This document shows, one piece after another, positions 59,901 to 64,000 of a stretch of 64,000 nt of DNA (its first letter is position 1; each line of letters starts with the position of its first letter). The notes beneath the pieces were generated by a model. It was not told the DNA's origin, made no database searches, and was given only the letters and a program-made list of their open reading frames with translations. The DNA is taken from NCBI GenBank assembly GCA_040954595.2, contig CM082590.2, forward strand, positions 3,410,001 through 3,474,000, in the 5' to 3' direction. Origin of the DNA: Balanoglossus misakiensis. Its lineage: Eukaryota; Animalia; Hemichordata. A program made the position numbers and the translations under genes.

Positions 59901-62625
59901 GATGCTGATATTTGCAAAAGTAGGTCAAAGGTCACCAGAGGTCACCCAACATTTGGGTAAAATTTTTTGACCCCATACTAGTCCTGTCCAACAAAAACAA
60001 AACCTCTAGGTCTATTGGTTCGCCTGTAATTAGCTATGCACATAATTAATGAGGTCAGCAGGGGTCAAAGGGGTCGTGAAAAGTAGCAAAAAATTTTGAT
60101 CACACACTTATCCACATACATCAAAAACCAAACTTATAGCCCTATTGGTTAGCCTGGAATTAGATATGCAGAAAAATGATGCGTCAAAAGTAGGTCAAAG
60201 GTCATTGCCAAATATACCAAAATATTAATAGCATATTGTAGTCATATGATGATCCATATCCATAAAAAGAATTTCTGTGCTATCAATTTTTAGGCTAGAA
60301 AGGGAATTTTTACTTTTTAATCGTTTTTCACAAAATCCAATATGGCCGCCATAATCTTCGACCAATCACATTCCTCTTCGCAAACTTGATAGACATCTGG
60401 TGAATGACCACACACACAAAATCTTGTGACTCGGTTATCATCGGTTCTCGAGAAGAAGATTTTTGAAATTTTACTAGGGTTTTTCGAAAATCCAATATGG
60501 CCGCCATAATCTTCGACCAATCACAATGATCTTCGCAAACTTGATAGACATCAGTTAGGTGACCACATACCCCAAACCCCGTGTCTCGGTTATCACCGGT
60601 TCTAGAGAAGAAGATTTTTGAAATTTAAGCCAGATTTCAGAAAAAAAATTGTAGCAAAAAAACTGCAACATTGATAGCATAATTTCCAATTACAAAAATG
60701 TTTGACAGAAAGTAGTCTACCTGCACGCCAAATTTGAAGTCGATCTGACTTGTAGTTTCTGAGATCTGAGATTTGCATTTTTTCAGAAAATCCAAGATGG
60801 CCGCCAGGTCATGTGACTAATTAAAAATTCATGGGTTCAATGCACGACTACTCATTGACCTTGACCACTGTAGCAAGTTTGAGAACTGTACCTGCAGTGG
60901 TGTCTGAGATCTAGAGCGACAAAGAAATGACAGAAGAATAAAGAAAGAAGAAAGAAAGACAGAATTAAAGCTGCAAGCAGCATTGTCCGGGCCCAAGCTC
61001 TATTATCTGATCTGATATTAGATATGCACATAATTAATGAGTAGAAACATAATGCTGTTTTATCCCATGAAATATCAAGGTTATATCTATGTTTGGTGCT
61101 GTTAAAGTGTTAAGTAGGTCAAAGGTCACCCAGAGACCACCCAACATTTGGGCAGAAAATTTTGACCCATAGTGGTCCATGTCCAACAAAAACCAGACCT
61201 CTAGCCCTTTTGGTTAGCCTGGAATTAGGTATGCACATAAATAATGCGTAAAGCAGGTGTCACAGGTGACCCAAAACTTTGACTTTTCATTATGGCCCCA
61301 TACCTCCAAATGCCAAGGCTGTACCTGCTTTGGATGCCGAGATATGCAAAAGTACGTCAAAGGTCATCTGAGGTCATCCAAAATTTGGGCAGAAAATTTT
61401 GACCCATAGTGGCCCATGTCCAACAAAAACCAGACCTCTAGCCCTTTTGGTTAGCCTAGAATTAGGTATGCACATAATTAATGAGTTAAGCAGGTGTCAC
61501 AGGTGACCCAAAACATTAGCTTTTCATTATGGCCCCATACCTCCAAACGCCAAGGCTGTATCTGCTGTGGATGTCGAGATATGCAAAAGTAGGTCAAAGG
61601 TCACCCGAGGTCAGCCAACATATGGGCAAAATATTTTGACCCCATACTGGTTCATGTATAACAAAAACAAAACCTCTAGGTCTATTGGTTCATCATTAAT
61701 TAGGTATGCGCATATTTAATGAGGTCACCAGAGGTCAAAGGGGTCATGAAAAGTAGCAAAATTTTTTGATCACATACAAATCCACATACATCAAAAACCA
61801 AACTTATAGCCCTATTGGTTAGCCTGGAATTAGATATGCAGAAAAATGATGCGTCAAAAGTAGGTCAAAGGTCATTGCCAAAATTACCAAAATATTTATA
61901 GCTTATTCTTGTCATATGATGATTCATATCCATAAAAAGAATTTCTGTGCTATCAATTTTTAGGCTAGAAAAGGAATTTTTACTTTTTAATCGTTTTTCA
62001 CAAAATCCAATATGGCCGCCATAATCTTCGACCAATCACATTCCCCTTCGCAAACTTGATAGACATCTGTTTAATGACCACACACACCAAATCTTGTGAC
62101 TCGGTTATCGCCCGTTCTTGAGAAGAAGATTTTTGAAATTTTACTAGGGTTTTTCGAAAATCCAATATGGCCGCCAAAATCTTCGACCAATCACAATGAT
62201 CTTCGCAAACTTGATAGACATCAGGTAGGTGACCACATACACCAAACCCCATGTCTCGGTTATTGCCGGTTCTGGAGAAGAAGATTTTTGAAATTTAAGC
62301 CAGATTTCAGAAAAAAAATTGTAGCAAAAAACTGCAACTTTGTCAGCATAATTTCCAATTACAAAAATGATGGGCAGAAGGTAGTCTACCAGCATGCCAA
62401 ATTTGAAGTCGATCTGACTTGTAGTTTCTGAGATCTGAGATTTGCATTTTTTTAGAAAATCCAAGATGGCTGCCAGGTCACGTGACTAATTAAAAATTCA
62501 AGGGTTCAATGCACGACTACTCATTGACCTTGACCACTGTAGCAAGTTTCAGAAGTGTACCTGCAGCGGTGTCTGAGATCTCGTGGGTCAAAGAATTGAC
62601 ACAAGAATAAAGAAAGAAAGAAAGT

Positions 62626-62785
62626 AAAATTCCAACGAAACCAATACGGGCCCAAGCCTGGCTTGGCTTGGGCCCGTAAAAACCCCAACGAAACCAATAG
62701 GGCCCAAGCGCTGGTATGCGCTTGGGCCCTAAAAACCCCAACGAAACCAATAGGGCCCAAGCGCTGGCTTGCGCTTGGGCCCTAA
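62626..62785 (+). other. Stack of three 3' terminal stem-loop modules
   Basis: Three consecutive modules of different variant types, followed directly by a new unit start at 62786. Confidence 0.85.
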
Positions 62786-64000
62786 TTAAAGCTGCAAGCA
62801 GCATTGTCCGGGCCCAAGCTCTATTATCTGATCTGATTATTAGATATGCACATAATTAATGAGTAGAAATATAATGCTGTGTTTTATCCCATGAAATATC
62901 AAGGTTATATCTATGTTTGGTGTTGACATAATGTTAAGTAGGTCAAAGGTCACCAGAGGTCACCCACAATTTGGGCAGAAAATTTTGACCCATAGTGGTC
63001 CATGTCCAACAAAAACCAGACCTCTAGCCCTTTTGGTTAGCCCGGAAATAGGTATGCACATAAATAATGAGTAAAGCAGGTGTCACAGGTGACCCAAAAC
63101 TTTGGCTTTTCATTATGGCCCCATACCTCCAAACGCCAAGGCTGTATCTGCTGTGAATGTCGAGATATGCAAAAGTAGGTCAAAGGTCACCCGAGGTCAC
63201 CCAACATTTGGGCAAGAAAATTTTGACCCATAGTGGTCCATGTCCAACAAAAACCAGACCTCTAGCCATATTGGTTCGCCTGTAATTAGCTATGCACATA
63301 ATAAATGAGGTCAGCAGAGGTCACAGGTGACCCAAAACTTTGGCTTTTCAATATGGCCCCATATCTCCAAATGCCAAGGCTGTACCTGCTTTGGATGCCG
63401 AGATATGCAAAAGTAGGTCAAAGGTCACCCGAGGTCACCCAACATTTGGGCAAAATATTTTGACCCCATACTGGTCCATGTATAACAAAAACAAAACCTC
63501 TAGGTCTATTGGTTCATCTGTAATTAGGTATGCGCATATTTAATGAGGTCACCAGAGGTCAAAGGGGTCATGAAAAGTAGCAAAATTTTTTGATCACATA
63601 CAAATCCACATACATCAAAAACCAAACTTATAGCCCTATTGGTTAGCCTGGAATTAGATATGCAGAAAAATGATTCGTCAAAAGTAGGTCAAAGGTCATT
63701 GCCAAAATTACCAAAATATTTACAGCTTATTCTTGTCATATGATGATTCATATCCATATAAAGAATTTCTGTGCTATCAATTTTTAGGCTAGAAAAGGAA
63801 TTTTTACTTTTTAATCGTTTTTCACAAAATCCAATATGGCCGCCATAATCTTTGACCAATCACATTCCCCTTCGCAAACTTGATAGACATCTATTTAATG
63901 ACCACACACACCAAATCTTGTGACTCGGTTATCGCCCGTTCTGGAGAAGAAGATTTTTGAAGTTTTACTATGGTTTTTCGAAAATCCAATATGGCCGCCA

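Larger units (their letters stand above)
38530..64000 (+). mobile_element. >25-kb head-to-tail array of a 0.9-1.8-kb Helentron/HINE-like non-autonomous element; continues beyond the window
   Basis: Unit starts TTAAAGCTGC(A/G)AGCAGC occur at 41347, 42769, 43705, 45136, 46568, 48007, 49106, 50526, 52244, 53930, 55596 (variant), 56693, 58104, 59530, 60965 and 62786, plus a truncated start near 39610. Each unit has a 5' motif, 1-4 ~181-bp core subrepeats, an ATGGCCGCC-containing block and an (AAAG)n tail. The subrepeat + microsatellite + 3' stem-loop layout matches HINE/DINE-1-type elements (family assignment is inference). No coding capacity. Confidence 0.85.

Noticed and set aside
38700-64000. 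Dozens of recurring short ORFs (e.g. MAFHYGPIPP, MQISDLRN) and a possible CRISPR-like reading of the array
   Set aside because: The ORFs are frame-unstable translations of a non-coding repeat; units are homologous throughout, with no unique spacers and no cas genes, and the context is eukaryotic.

Overview
This is AT-rich, intron-containing animal DNA, probably from a marine invertebrate (inference from the repeat families and gene style). Two genes are supported, both on the minus strand. (1) The first coding exon of ALIX/PDCD6IP (321->113) with a CRE/ETS-rich promoter. (2) A multi-exon ANK-LRR-Roc-COR (ROCO, MFHAS1-like GTPase) gene. The ORF track shows only its 3.2-kb terminal exon (6705-9911). 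Reading the minus strand adds eight 99-nt phase-0 ankyrin exons and two small linker exons out to 37246. Four consecutive ankyrin exons use GC donors, and repeat-to-repeat variation clusters on the ankyrin binding face. No start exon was found in the window. The rest is non-autonomous DNA-transposon material. It includes TTAA-flanked Kolobok-like MITEs, a foldback element carrying CTCF-like motifs, long palindromes, and a >25-kb array (38.5-64 kb, with a smaller array at 27-32.8 kb) of a Helentron/HINE-like element. In that array many element bodies lack their 3' hairpin, while the hairpins pile up in stacks, suggesting growth by nested self-insertion. All coordinates were read by eye, and no database search was run.
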